Source of the DNA: Bacteroidota bacterium
GTDB taxonomy: Bacteria; Bacteroidota; Bacteroidia; Bacteroidales; UBA10428
Assembly: GCA_003252385.1 (NCBI GenBank)
Contig: QKEH01000008.1
Coordinates: forward strand, 7,967-71,966
Reading direction: 5' to 3'
DNA: 64,000 nucleotides
Shown in pieces: positions 1 to 9,415 of the stretch. The translations under genes and the position numbers were made by a program. The notes below the pieces were generated by a model that saw only the letters and a list, made by a program, of their open reading frames with translations, had not been told where the DNA came from and ran no database searches. Position 1 is the stretch's first letter. Each line of letters opens with the position of its first letter.

Positions 1-455
1 GTCGAAAAGAAATTATGGAACACATTGCCCCTTCCGGCCCTATTTACCAGGCCGGCACCCTATCCGGTAACCCGCTGGCCATGAGTGCCGGATATGCCAC
101 CCTGCAACTTATCCGCAACACTCCTGACTTTTACGGAAAGCTGGAGGCCAAATCGGCCCGGCTCGAATCCGGTTTGCAGGAGGCCATCGACAGTCTGAAA
201 CTGAATGCCGTGATCAACCGGGTAGGTTCCATGTTTACCCTCTTCTTCACCCACGGCACGGTGCAAACCTTTGGCGATGTTACCCGCTGCAACACTGCAA
301 CGTTTGCCCGGTTCTTTAAACTCTCGCTCGATGCCGGAATTTATCTGGCGCCTTCGCAATTCGAAGCCGGTTTTGTTTCGGCTGCCCACAGCGAGGAAGA
401 CATCAAACAAACCCTTGCTGCCAGTTACCAGGCACTGGATCAGTTACGGGGATAA
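1..455 (+). CDS. hemL: glutamate-1-semialdehyde 2,1-aminomutase, C-terminal part (5' end lies outside the window)
   Basis: The frame is open from the window edge. The sequence SGPIYQAGTLSGNPLAMSAGYATL...FEAGFVSAAHSEEDI is typical of the GSA-aminomutase C-terminal half. It sits at the head of a heme biosynthesis cluster. Confidence 0.85.
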   Translation, partial: RKEIMEHIAPSGPIYQAGTLSGNPLAMSAGYATLQLIRNTPDFYGKLEAKSARLESGLQEAIDSLKLNAVINRVGSMFTLFFTHGTVQTFGDVTRCNTATFARFFKLSLDAGIYLAPSQFEAGFVSAAHSEEDIKQTLAASYQALDQLRG

Positions 456-462
456 ACCCAAC

Positions 463-1521
463 ATGCTGCAGCTTACGCTTATGACAAACCTCTCAGACTC
501 CATATTACTCAACACCTTAAACGGCCGGCCGGCAGAACGCCCGCCATTTTGGTTTATGCGCCAGGCCGGAAGGGTCCTTCCCTCCTACCGGCAACTAAAG
601 GAAAAGCACAGCTTTTGGCAACTGATGAAGGATCCGAAGCTGGCGGCGCAGGTAACCTTACTGCCTGTAAGCGACCTGGGGGTAGATGCGGCCATTCTGT
701 TTTCCGATATTCTGGTAGTGCCCTATGCCTTGGGAATGGGACTGGAATTTACCGATCAGGGGCCGGTGTTTGACACGCCACTGGCCGGAATGGACCACCC
801 GGAACGGGCACTCCGCCCCGACCCTTCGCGACTGGATTATATCTATCGCGCCATCGATGAAATCATACGCACCAAGCCCGCTTCCATTCCATTAATCGGG
901 TTCTGTGGTGCTCCCCTGACCGTACTTTGTTACATGCTTCAGGGATTGAGCCGAAAAGCCGACTTCCCCGATGCCATTCGCTTTATCTATACCCATAAAA
1001 CAATTACCCTGCAACTGATTGATGCCATAACGGAACTTTCGCTGGAATACGCTACCGAACAGGCCGCCCGGGGTGTTTCCGTATTTCAGCTTTTCGAAAC
1101 CCATGCCGGCTTGGTCCCTCAAGAACTTTATATGGAACTATTTATGCCTGCCGTTCGAAAGATAGCCCAAAGGCTCAGGGACCTGCAAGTACCCTTCATA
1201 TTTTTCCCAAAAGGATTGGGCACGGGTATTTGCAAGCTGACCCCCGACGATTGCGACTACCTGGGTGTTGACTGGCAAACCTCATTGATACAGGCACGCC
1301 AGATGGTTCATCGTGAGATAGGTTTACAGGGAAATGTAGATCCCCGTTTGCTTTATGCCCCGCCGGAATCTATACTTCGGGAACTGGATAGACTGATTGA
1401 TTTTGGCAGCTGTAATACCAACTGGATACTGAACCTGGGACATGGCTTCCTGCCCGACACCCCCTACGAATCGGCCTGTATTCTGGCTAACTGGATTAAA
1501 GAAACCAACTGGAAACGATGA
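463..1521 (+). CDS. hemE: uroporphyrinogen decarboxylase
   Basis: The N-terminal motif PPFWFMRQAGRVLPSYR and downstream SDILVVP are HemE/UROD hallmarks. The ATG at 463 lies 8 nt after the hemL stop. The ORF track's 271 start is only an upstream open extension overlapping hemL. Confidence 0.9.
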   Translation: MLQLTLMTNLSDSILLNTLNGRPAERPPFWFMRQAGRVLPSYRQLKEKHSFWQLMKDPKLAAQVTLLPVSDLGVDAAILFSDILVVPYALGMGLEFTDQGPVFDTPLAGMDHPERALRPDPSRLDYIYRAIDEIIRTKPASIPLIGFCGAPLTVLCYMLQGLSRKADFPDAIRFIYTHKTITLQLIDAITELSLEYATEQAARGVSVFQLFETHAGLVPQELYMELFMPAVRKIAQRLRDLQVPFIFFPKGLGTGICKLTPDDCDYLGVDWQTSLIQARQMVHREIGLQGNVDPRLLYAPPESILRELDRLIDFGSCNTNWILNLGHGFLPDTPYESACILANWIKETNWKR

Positions 1522-2897
1522 TTTTTAACGAACAGCTCATTGCCAAATACAACCAACCGGCGCCACGTTACACCAGCTACCCTCCGGCCAACTATTTTCA
1601 GGATACCTTGAGTTCCGAAGGTTTTATGGAACTCGTTGAGGCTTCCAATTCGGCCGAACCCCGCAATATTTCGTTGTATTTTCACATACCGTACTGCAGG
1701 AAACGTTGTTTTTATTGTGGTTGCAACGCCTATAGTATGGCTCGTCCCGATGAAACAAAAAGCTATACGGACAGTCTTATTCAGGAATTTCGCCTTACTG
1801 CGGAGCATCTGGACAAACAACGCCCCATTTCTCAGGTGCATTTTGGTGGCGGCACCCCAAATGCACTGCCCATCGATCTGCTCCGGCACATTATGGAAGC
1901 TGTTTCGCAATACTTTTCCTACACCACCGATGCCGAAATTGCCATAGAATGCAACCCGGCCTATCTGGATGCATCCTATATTGAAGGTCTGGCTCAATTG
2001 GGTTTTAATCGCTTCAGCCTGGGTATTCAGGATCTGAACGAAAAGGTACTGCAGGCGGTCAACCGAACGCCATCGAAGCTGCCGCTGCCGGAACTGATGC
2101 AGAACATTCGGAATACCATACCGGCAGCTACCATTAACCTGGATTTTATATACGGCTTACCCCTGCAAAACCCGACCGGATTTTCGAAAACCATTGACAG
2201 GGCACTTAGCCTCCGACCCGATCGCATGGTAACCTTTTCGTATGCCCACATGCCTTCCATCTTCAAAGCACAGCAACTGCTCGAAGAAAAAGGCTTGCCC
2301 TCTCCGTCCGACAAACTCAGTATGTTTCAAAACGCCTTTGAGCAGATTACCGCACAAGGCTACCGGGCAATCGGGTTTGATCACTTTGCGCTGGAAAACG
2401 ATGAACTCAGCCAGGCTCAAAAGGCGCATCAGCTCCACCGGAATTTCCAGGGCTACTGCACCCGAAAAACCACCGGACAGGTGTATGCTTTCGGTGTATC
2501 GGGCATCAGTCAACTTGAAAATGGATATATACAGAACAGCAAATCCATAGCTGAATATCAGGCAGCCCTGGCCAAGGGAGAATTTAAAGTTGAAAAGGCT
2601 CACCGCATGACTCCAACACAAAAAATAGTACGCGAAGCCATTAACGAGCTGATGTGTAACTTTCGTATCGATTTCGAACAGTTGGACCAACGACTGCATC
2701 AGCCTTTGGGCACCGTTAAAAACACGCTGGTTCTGAACCTCCAGGTGCTGGATGCCTTTGCACTCGACGGAATTCTCGACTATACGCCCCAAAGCATTAG
2801 TATGAACCCCGAGGGTATACTATTTATCCGCAATGTAGCAGCAGCAATCGACCCGCTAATGAAAAACAACATCCATGCCTTTTCAAAAACCGTTTAA
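1518..2897 (+). CDS. hemN: oxygen-independent coproporphyrinogen III oxidase (radical SAM)
   Basis: Carries the radical-SAM motif YCRKRCFYCGC (CxxxCxxC). The N-terminus YNQPAPRYTSYPPA and the 459 aa length match HemN. The start overlaps the hemE stop as ATGA. Confidence 0.9.
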   Translation: MIFNEQLIAKYNQPAPRYTSYPPANYFQDTLSSEGFMELVEASNSAEPRNISLYFHIPYCRKRCFYCGCNAYSMARPDETKSYTDSLIQEFRLTAEHLDKQRPISQVHFGGGTPNALPIDLLRHIMEAVSQYFSYTTDAEIAIECNPAYLDASYIEGLAQLGFNRFSLGIQDLNEKVLQAVNRTPSKLPLPELMQNIRNTIPAATINLDFIYGLPLQNPTGFSKTIDRALSLRPDRMVTFSYAHMPSIFKAQQLLEEKGLPSPSDKLSMFQNAFEQITAQGYRAIGFDHFALENDELSQAQKAHQLHRNFQGYCTRKTTGQVYAFGVSGISQLENGYIQNSKSIAEYQAALAKGEFKVEKAHRMTPTQKIVREAINELMCNFRIDFEQLDQRLHQPLGTVKNTLVLNLQVLDAFALDGILDYTPQSISMNPEGILFIRNVAAAIDPLMKNNIHAFSKTV

Positions 2898-2898
2898 C

Positions 2899-4284
2899 AT
2901 GACACAGCTCACCCACTCGGACGTTACTATCATTGGAGCCGGCCTTACCGGACTCAGCCTGGCACACTTTCTGAAAAAGCACGGTAAAACCGTTCGCCTG
3001 GTGGAAAAGGAGGATCGTTTTGGAGGGAGCATCCGCACACTCAGCCAACAGGGTTTCACCTTCGAAACCGGTCCGAATACCGGGGTGGTTTCGAACATGG
3101 CAGTGGACGAGCTTTTCAGGGATCTGGAAGGCCAATGCCAGGTGGAAGGTGCCCGCCCCGAATCGAAAGCCCGATGGATCTGGAAGAACGACCGATGGCA
3201 TGCCCTGCCATCGGGGCCGGTAAGTGCAATTGGAACCCCATTATTTACCCCGTCCGACAAATTCAGAATACTCCTGGAACCTTTTCGTTCCAAAGGAAAC
3301 GACCCCATGGAAACAGTTGCCGGGATGGTCAAGCGCCGGTTGGGCCAATCGTTTCTCGACTATGCCGTTGATCCGTTTATTTCGGGGGTGTATGCCGGCG
3401 ACCCCAATTACCTGGTTACCCGGTTTGCACTGCCCAAACTGTACCGTTTGGAACAAAACTACGGAAGCTTTATAGGGGGAAGTCTCAAGCGGGGCAAAGA
3501 GTTAAAAGCCGAACGCGCCAATCGAAAGTACAATGGCATCTTCTCTTTTATCGGTGGAATGGAAAGCCTGACCCGTGCCCTTTCCGGTAACCTTGGAAAG
3601 GATGAATACCTGCTGACGTGCCGGACAACCGTAGTACTCCCCGATGCCCGTCACTACCAGCTTACCGTTTCCTCCGGTAACGCAACCCATACCTGGAAAA
3701 GCCGTCATGTAATTTGCACCACAGGAAGTACCTCTTTGAAAGAGTTACTCCCCTTTGTGGACTCCTCCCTTATACAACCTGTGCAAGAAATAAAACATGC
3801 CAAGGTAATACAGGCGGCTGTGGGCTTTACCCATTGGCAGGGAATACCCATTGCCGCGTATGGCGGGTTGATACCCTCGCGGGAAAAACGCAAGGCACTG
3901 GGTATTTTGTTTCCATCCAGTCTGTTCACCAACCGTTCACCGCATCAAGGGGCATTGGTATCGGTATTCCTTGGCGGTTTTCGCCACCCGGAGGTACTGG
4001 AACTAACCAATAACGAACTGGAAATGCTGGTGCAGCGGGAATTACAGGAAACACTCCAAACCGGTTCGAATACTCCCGACCTGATCAGCATTCACAAACA
4101 CTACCAGGCTATACCCCAGTATGGTGCTGATTCAGCCCAGCGGCTTCATGCCATTTCGACCCTGGAGCGGCGCCACCCCGGACTCTACCTGGCTGGTAAT
4201 ATTCGCGATGGCATTGGCATGGCCGACCGAATTCAACAAGCCCATCAGCTGGCTAAACAAATTGCAGGAAAGCTTGTTGACTAG
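2899..4284 (+). CDS. hemY: FAD-dependent protoporphyrinogen oxidase (HemY type)
   Basis: Has an N-terminal dinucleotide fold VTIIGAGLTGLSLAHFL and an amine-oxidase-like ~460 aa body ending in GLYLAGN. It lies inside the heme operon. The ATG at 2899 is 2 nt after the hemN stop. Confidence 0.8.
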   Translation: MTQLTHSDVTIIGAGLTGLSLAHFLKKHGKTVRLVEKEDRFGGSIRTLSQQGFTFETGPNTGVVSNMAVDELFRDLEGQCQVEGARPESKARWIWKNDRWHALPSGPVSAIGTPLFTPSDKFRILLEPFRSKGNDPMETVAGMVKRRLGQSFLDYAVDPFISGVYAGDPNYLVTRFALPKLYRLEQNYGSFIGGSLKRGKELKAERANRKYNGIFSFIGGMESLTRALSGNLGKDEYLLTCRTTVVLPDARHYQLTVSSGNATHTWKSRHVICTTGSTSLKELLPFVDSSLIQPVQEIKHAKVIQAAVGFTHWQGIPIAAYGGLIPSREKRKALGILFPSSLFTNRSPHQGALVSVFLGGFRHPEVLELTNNELEMLVQRELQETLQTGSNTPDLISIHKHYQAIPQYGADSAQRLHAISTLERRHPGLYLAGNIRDGIGMADRIQQAHQLAKQIAGKLVD

Positions 4285-4298
4285 AGTAAGCCTTATAC

Positions 4299-5228
4299 AT
4301 GATTATGTCTGTCACGTTTCATCAAACCGCCAAAACATTCAGCCAGCTGCAGGAGAGTATGGTCAAACAATTCGAAGCAGCCGATGGCAGCGGCACCTTC
4401 AAGTACCATCCCTGGGAGAAGGAAATCGGAACAGGCATTACCAGTGTACTGCAAAACGGTTCCATTATTGAGAAAGCAGGAGTTAACTTTTCCAAAGTTT
4501 CCGGACCGTGTACCCCTGCCCTTCAAAATGCACTGCAAACAAAGGCTTCCACTTACAGTGCCACAGGCGTATCTTCAATTATTCACCCGCAAAGCCCATG
4601 GATTCCGATCATTCACATGAATGTTCGCTATTTTGAGCTGAGCGATGGCAGCGCCTGGTTTGGAGGAGGAATTGATCTTACTCCCCATTATGTAATTCCC
4701 GAAGATGCCCGCGAATTTCACATCAGCCTGAAGGAACTGTGCGACCGCTATACCGAACAATTCTACCCAAAATTTAAGGAATGGGCCGACCGCTATTTCT
4801 TTTTGCCACACCGAAACGAAACCCGGGGAGTAGGAGGGATTTTTTTCGACCGTATTCAAGCCTCCGACTACCCACTGAACAACGAAGCCATGACCGCCTT
4901 CTGCTGCGATTTGGGAAATCTGTATCCAAAATTGTATGCCCGGTTGATCGACCGCTACCGCGACCAGTGGGTTAGTGAACGCGAAAAGCAATGGCAGCAT
5001 ATTCGCCGTAGCCGCTATGTGGAATTTAACCTACTGTACGACCGCGGCACTCAGTTTGGGCTGGCCTCCGGCGGCAATGCCGAATCGATTTTAATAAGTA
5101 TGCCTCCTCAAGCCAATTGGTTTTATAACTTTGAACCTAACCAGGGGAGCATGGAAGCCGAAACACTAACTCTGCTCCGCAAAGGTATTGATTGGATTAA
5201 TTACAAAGCGGATGGCATCAGCTACTAA
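4299..5228 (+). CDS. hemF: oxygen-dependent coproporphyrinogen III oxidase
   Basis: Matches the HemF family by eye across EKAGVNFSKVSG, HPQSPWIPIIHMNVRYFE, WFGGGIDLTP, RGVGGIFFD and YVEFNLLYDRGTQFGL. Confidence 0.9.
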   Translation: MIMSVTFHQTAKTFSQLQESMVKQFEAADGSGTFKYHPWEKEIGTGITSVLQNGSIIEKAGVNFSKVSGPCTPALQNALQTKASTYSATGVSSIIHPQSPWIPIIHMNVRYFELSDGSAWFGGGIDLTPHYVIPEDAREFHISLKELCDRYTEQFYPKFKEWADRYFFLPHRNETRGVGGIFFDRIQASDYPLNNEAMTAFCCDLGNLYPKLYARLIDRYRDQWVSEREKQWQHIRRSRYVEFNLLYDRGTQFGLASGGNAESILISMPPQANWFYNFEPNQGSMEAETLTLLRKGIDWINYKADGISY

Positions 5229-6228
5229 GAAAGCAGTTTTACTTCTCAATGTGGGTACACCGTCCAGTCCCCGGGTGTCGGATGTGCGCCGGTACTTGAG
5301 TCAGTTTCTGAACGATCCTCGGGTAATTGACCTTCCATGGCTGGCTCGGAAAGTACTGGTTAACCTGATTATTGTCCCCTTTCGGGCGCCAAAATCATCG
5401 CAATTGTACCAGAAGTTATGGACCGATAACGGATCTCCCCTGCTGTATCATTCTCTTCGTCTGGTGGATAAGCTCAACGCCCGAAGCCCCGGACAGCTGC
5501 GGTATTTCCTGGCCATGCGCTACCAGCAGCCATCGCTGCCCGAAATTTTAGATACCATACAAAACGAAGGATTTACCCAAATTACCGTGTTACCCTTGTT
5601 CCCACAGTACGCATCCTCGACCACGGGCACCGCTCTGGAGGCAGTTTACCGCCATGTCAACCAGTGGCAGGTTATTCCGGAAATAAGCACCATCAACCAG
5701 TTTTACGACCATCCTGCCTTTATTAACACCGTTGCCAACCGTATCCGGGCCTATCAACCTTCAGCATACGATCATATAATTTTTTCGTATCACGGGCTTC
5801 CCGTTCGTCAGATACAAAAAATACACCCTTTGCATGCCTGTTCCGGGTGCACCTGCGAAAAGGCTATGGCTCCCCATGGCGAATTTTGTTACAAGGCTAC
5901 TGCCTATCGCACCACGCACCTGCTTGCCGATGCCCTAGGGCTGGACGAAGATGACTACACCGTATCTTTTCAGTCGCGCCTGTCTAAAAACTGGCTAGAA
6001 CCCTTCACCGACCATACCTTAAAAGAAATGGCCCAATCGGGGCGTAAAAAAATACTGATCGCCGCACCATCTTTTGTTACCGATTGCCTGGAAACCACAC
6101 TGGAACTGGGCTACGAGTACAACAAACTATTCCGCAGTTACGGCGGCGAACAGCTTACCCTGGTAGAAAGCCTGAACGATTCCGATAGCTGGGTGGAAGC
6201 CATTCGGACACTTGTCGCTGATAAATAG
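5212..6228 (+). CDS. hemH: ferrochelatase
   Basis: Carries AVLLLNVGTP...YLSQFLNDPRVID, PLFPQYASSTTG and the FSYHGLP motif. The ATG at 5212 overlaps the hemF end by 17 nt. Confidence 0.9.
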   Translation: MASATKKAVLLLNVGTPSSPRVSDVRRYLSQFLNDPRVIDLPWLARKVLVNLIIVPFRAPKSSQLYQKLWTDNGSPLLYHSLRLVDKLNARSPGQLRYFLAMRYQQPSLPEILDTIQNEGFTQITVLPLFPQYASSTTGTALEAVYRHVNQWQVIPEISTINQFYDHPAFINTVANRIRAYQPSAYDHIIFSYHGLPVRQIQKIHPLHACSGCTCEKAMAPHGEFCYKATAYRTTHLLADALGLDEDDYTVSFQSRLSKNWLEPFTDHTLKEMAQSGRKKILIAAPSFVTDCLETTLELGYEYNKLFRSYGGEQLTLVESLNDSDSWVEAIRTLVADK

Positions 6229-6389
6229 ATTTTGAACAATGGCCAACAAATACAATCAGCCTAATTGCTATCATCACCCTAGAAGGCAGAAGCTTTACCA
6301 TTACCGATGAAAACCGGCAGCTACTTTTATGTGAAGGAATTCTAAAAGCGAAGTTTCAAGGAAAACACAAAACTCCACTAAAAGCCCTG

Positions 6390-7901
6390 TTAGTAAGGAA
6401 AACCTCGAAATTGGGGAGTACTAATCTGGTTCATTAGCCTGATAGTATTCATTTGCTGCATGACACTAAACATATCCCAGTAGATCCAGAAATCCCGGGT
6501 TTTTGGAGCCAAACTTGTCACGATAAAGTTTATTGGAATTATCATTTCCTGTATCACATCATCTCCATGGTATTTCGCGGGTTTCCAGTAAACCTCTTTT
6601 TTTAAATCCTGAAAATTTGTCAACAACATGGAATCACACTCGGGATTTAATCCTTTAATGAGCTCAACTTCGCGGGTAATACCCTCCTGATCGACTATAC
6701 ATCTTAAAAGAACAATGCCATGGTATCCCTCCACTAGAGCGCCTATCGGGTAGTTGATATCGCTAAAAATTGCATCTCTAGAAATTTTATTCTCCTTGAA
6801 CCTCACCTCTTTCTCGGCAAGAAGATAAATGGCTTCCCCTTTTTCATTTAGGTAAAAAACACTATTCAACTTTCTTTTTTTAAATTCCATAGTAAGGGTA
6901 CGATGTAAGATTGGATCTTCAAAGTTTACTTTTCCAGAACCAGCTATATCCAGGATATGTTGTCCTTCTTGGTTGCGTACATCCATATAAATAGCTGTAT
7001 CCATACGAAAATAATAATCGGCAAATAGTTCTCCATTGGGATGGTATAGGATCTCTCCATTGTTCTTACCTCTGACATACGAAATTTTCTTTCGTACCGT
7101 ACCATTCGGGAAATAGTACAGATAATCTCCAACCCGATATTGCGGGCTAAAAGAGGTGAAAAAGCCTGAACTAAGAAGTAATCCCTGCTTGGTAAAAAAA
7201 TTGAGATGAAAGATGGCTCCATTCAGAGTATCGATCTCGGCATAATACGCAGTATCATCCTCCAGAGTAGTTTCATCCCAGCACGATGTAAAGCAAATTA
7301 CCTGTTTGGAGTCGTAGTATTGCTTATACTTCAACAACTTCACAATAGCAGGAAAATCAGAATACTTCCACTCACCTGCCAATATCTTGCTTGCCAGTGC
7401 GTCAAAACCGGCACAAAGCTGAGCTATCTTTTTTATATTGGGGATCGCCCTTACCACATTGGATGTGTCGTACTGAAAGAAAAAATCATATACAGGACCT
7501 GCATTGGTACAAAGGGTATACCTAAAAAACGTTATATCCCCAACCTTATCCAGAATCTCTAAAAAATAACTCTTTTTTTCTTTAAAAATTCCTGATTTCC
7601 AATCAATTTCCGCATCCTGTTTAACTACAAAGGAATCTTTTAACAGTACAAATCCTTTACAATTTTTCACATTTACAGTTGATGCTAGGCCACTCATATT
7701 CTTCTTGTAGAACAATACATTATTCTTAAGACAGTCGTATCGAATGAACCCTTCAATCTTTTCCCCGCTCGTTGTATAGTAGTATCCGGGAACATATTCG
7801 GTTTGCATGTCAAACACAATATTAATAGAGTTTCTGGGCTGGTAGGAATTGTCAAAGTATCCATTGATATAGGTTTTATTATAATCGAAGTAATGCCCCA
7901 A
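6390..7901 (-). CDS. hypothetical secreted protein with MORN/YwqK-like repeats and a C-terminal TonB-C-like domain; the 5' end appears disrupted
   Basis: The C-terminus NYPIGALVEGYHGIVLLRCIVDQEGITREVELIKG...WKPAKYHGDDVIQEMIIPINF fits the TonB C-terminal fold pattern. YYFPNGTVRKKISYVRGKNNGEILYHPNGELF resembles MORN-variant repeats. Sampled stretches of the gene are about 38% GC against about 50% in neighbours. The listed start is a TTG, and the signal peptide lies upstream in the same frame but its ATG (7981) is out of frame. Confidence 0.55.
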   Translation of the reverse strand: MGHYFDYNKTYINGYFDNSYQPRNSINIVFDMQTEYVPGYYYTTSGEKIEGFIRYDCLKNNVLFYKKNMSGLASTVNVKNCKGFVLLKDSFVVKQDAEIDWKSGIFKEKKSYFLEILDKVGDITFFRYTLCTNAGPVYDFFFQYDTSNVVRAIPNIKKIAQLCAGFDALASKILAGEWKYSDFPAIVKLLKYKQYYDSKQVICFTSCWDETTLEDDTAYYAEIDTLNGAIFHLNFFTKQGLLLSSGFFTSFSPQYRVGDYLYYFPNGTVRKKISYVRGKNNGEILYHPNGELFADYYFRMDTAIYMDVRNQEGQHILDIAGSGKVNFEDPILHRTLTMEFKKRKLNSVFYLNEKGEAIYLLAEKEVRFKENKISRDAIFSDINYPIGALVEGYHGIVLLRCIVDQEGITREVELIKGLNPECDSMLLTNFQDLKKEVYWKPAKYHGDDVIQEMIIPINFIVTSLAPKTRDFWIYWDMFSVMQQMNTIRLMNQISTPQFRGFPY

Positions 7902-8227
7902 AGCATACTCTTTGGCAATTTCCTGGCTGTTTGCACTAATAAAAATGCTACTTGTCAGAATTAAGTAAAAAAGTATCTCATGTAACAGTTGTTAAGTTAA
8001 TTGTTGGATATTTTCATTTTATGCCAACAAACCTAGCAAATTTTGGGTGCAAACCGCATTCCATCCTGAAGATTCTCCATCAACATAGAAATATGACCCT
8101 GAATAATCTATCTGATAATGGAACTACTAAAATCGAGAATATGGCAGCAATACGAATTTTCCCAAGTAATTCGCAGGCATCAACAAAGCAAATTCCAAGT
8201 GCCATCCCTATATTAACAACCGTTGCT

Positions 8228-9172
8228 TTAAACGACTAGCACAATTTTGCCCACCGCACGACCACTCTCCATCGCGGTATGTGCCGCTGGTAATTGATCA
8301 AATGGAAATACGTTGGCAATACAGGGTTTAAGAACACCTTCTTCCATCCAGTTTTTTAACACATTCATATCCTCGGCACTGGACCTGACCAGAAAAGGCG
8401 AAATGGACACCTTGTGTTCTTTGGCGCTGGCCTTTAATTCATCGTTCAGTTCAAGAAGTGCGATGGTTATAAGCGTTCCACCTTTTTTCAATACCTGTAA
8501 TGAATTCTTAAGGGCTTCACCTCCTAGGGTATCGAACACAAAATCAAGATCCGAAACTACATCATTCAACTGTTGAGTACGGTAATCGATATGTTCATCG
8601 GCACCCCATCCAAGAATAAAATCCCGGTTTTTAGCCGAACTGGTAGAAATTACATAAGCTCCCATTCTTTTGGCTATTTGAATGGCAAAATGTCCTACTC
8701 CTCCCGATCCGGCCTGTATTAGAACTTTATCCCCTGGTTTAACTCTGGCTTGCCTTAGGACTTGTAATGCAGTTAATGCTGCCAAGGTGGTAGCCGCTGC
8801 TTGCTCAAATGAAAAACCATTGGGCATTTTCGCTAAATGCCCCACGGGTGCAGCTACATATTCGGCATAGGCATTTCCGACCCCTGGAAAATTCACCATA
8901 CCGAACACCCGGTCGCCCACCTTAAATTCGGTAACATTTTCACCCACCTCAGTGACCACACCGGCAATATCCCATCCCAGAATCAACGGACGTTGGGTTC
9001 CAAAAAACAAATTCAGCATATGATCCGAATATTTTGCCTTAGCATCAGCCGGATTAATCGACAAAGCCTTTACGGCCACCATAACTTCGCTTTCTGTTAG
9101 AATGGGTTTGGCCATTTCGGCCATCTTCAGGTTTTCAACACCCCCTGCTCTTTCCAATACCATGGCTTTCAT
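8228..9172 (-). CDS. zinc-type alcohol dehydrogenase / NADPH:quinone oxidoreductase family protein
   Basis: Has the MDR-superfamily layout: MKAMVLERAGG...GDRVFG, and Rossmann motif VLIQAGSGGVGHFAIQIAK. The start was chosen at MKAMV (9172) rather than the upstream extension. Confidence 0.8.
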   Translation of the reverse strand: MKAMVLERAGGVENLKMAEMAKPILTESEVMVAVKALSINPADAKAKYSDHMLNLFFGTQRPLILGWDIAGVVTEVGENVTEFKVGDRVFGMVNFPGVGNAYAEYVAAPVGHLAKMPNGFSFEQAAATTLAALTALQVLRQARVKPGDKVLIQAGSGGVGHFAIQIAKRMGAYVISTSSAKNRDFILGWGADEHIDYRTQQLNDVVSDLDFVFDTLGGEALKNSLQVLKKGGTLITIALLELNDELKASAKEHKVSISPFLVRSSAEDMNVLKNWMEEGVLKPCIANVFPFDQLPAAHTAMESGRAVGKIVLVV

Positions 9173-9353
9173 ATTTCTTCTATTTAATGGTCTGTTTTCT
9201 TTTTTTATAATTGGATGAATGATCCATGGAATAATCGTCACTGAAAAGATTCACTAGTTCCTTGGATAAAGCGCTTTGCTTAAGATTCGATTTTTCTTGG
9301 ATACAAATAACCTTTATTAATACCTTTACAGCAAGTACATACTTTTTTATTAT

Positions 9354-9375
9354 ATAGTATCTGTATGGATACTAT
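9354..9375. promoter_or_regulatory. perfect 8-bp inverted repeat ATAGTATC-N6-GATACTAT, a candidate HxlR operator
   Basis: Read directly from the sequence. It lies in the divergent intergenic region between the oxidoreductase and the HxlR gene, about 40 nt upstream of the hxlR ATG at 9416. Confidence 0.4.
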
Positions 9376-9415
9376 TACTGTATATCAAGTTAATATAACG
9401 AATAAAAATAGATCC

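Noticed and set aside
271-462. An upstream extension of the hemE ORF (start at 271)
   Set aside because: It overlaps the hemL 3' end in another frame. The conserved HemE N-terminus begins after the ATG at 463.
7952-8239. A 95-aa ORF in the gap between the TonB-C gene and the oxidoreductase, plus a 41-codon minus-strand ORF at 8080-8205
   Set aside because: Both lie in AT-rich spacer. One starts at a non-ATG codon, and neither has motifs or coupling. This is insufficient evidence for coding.
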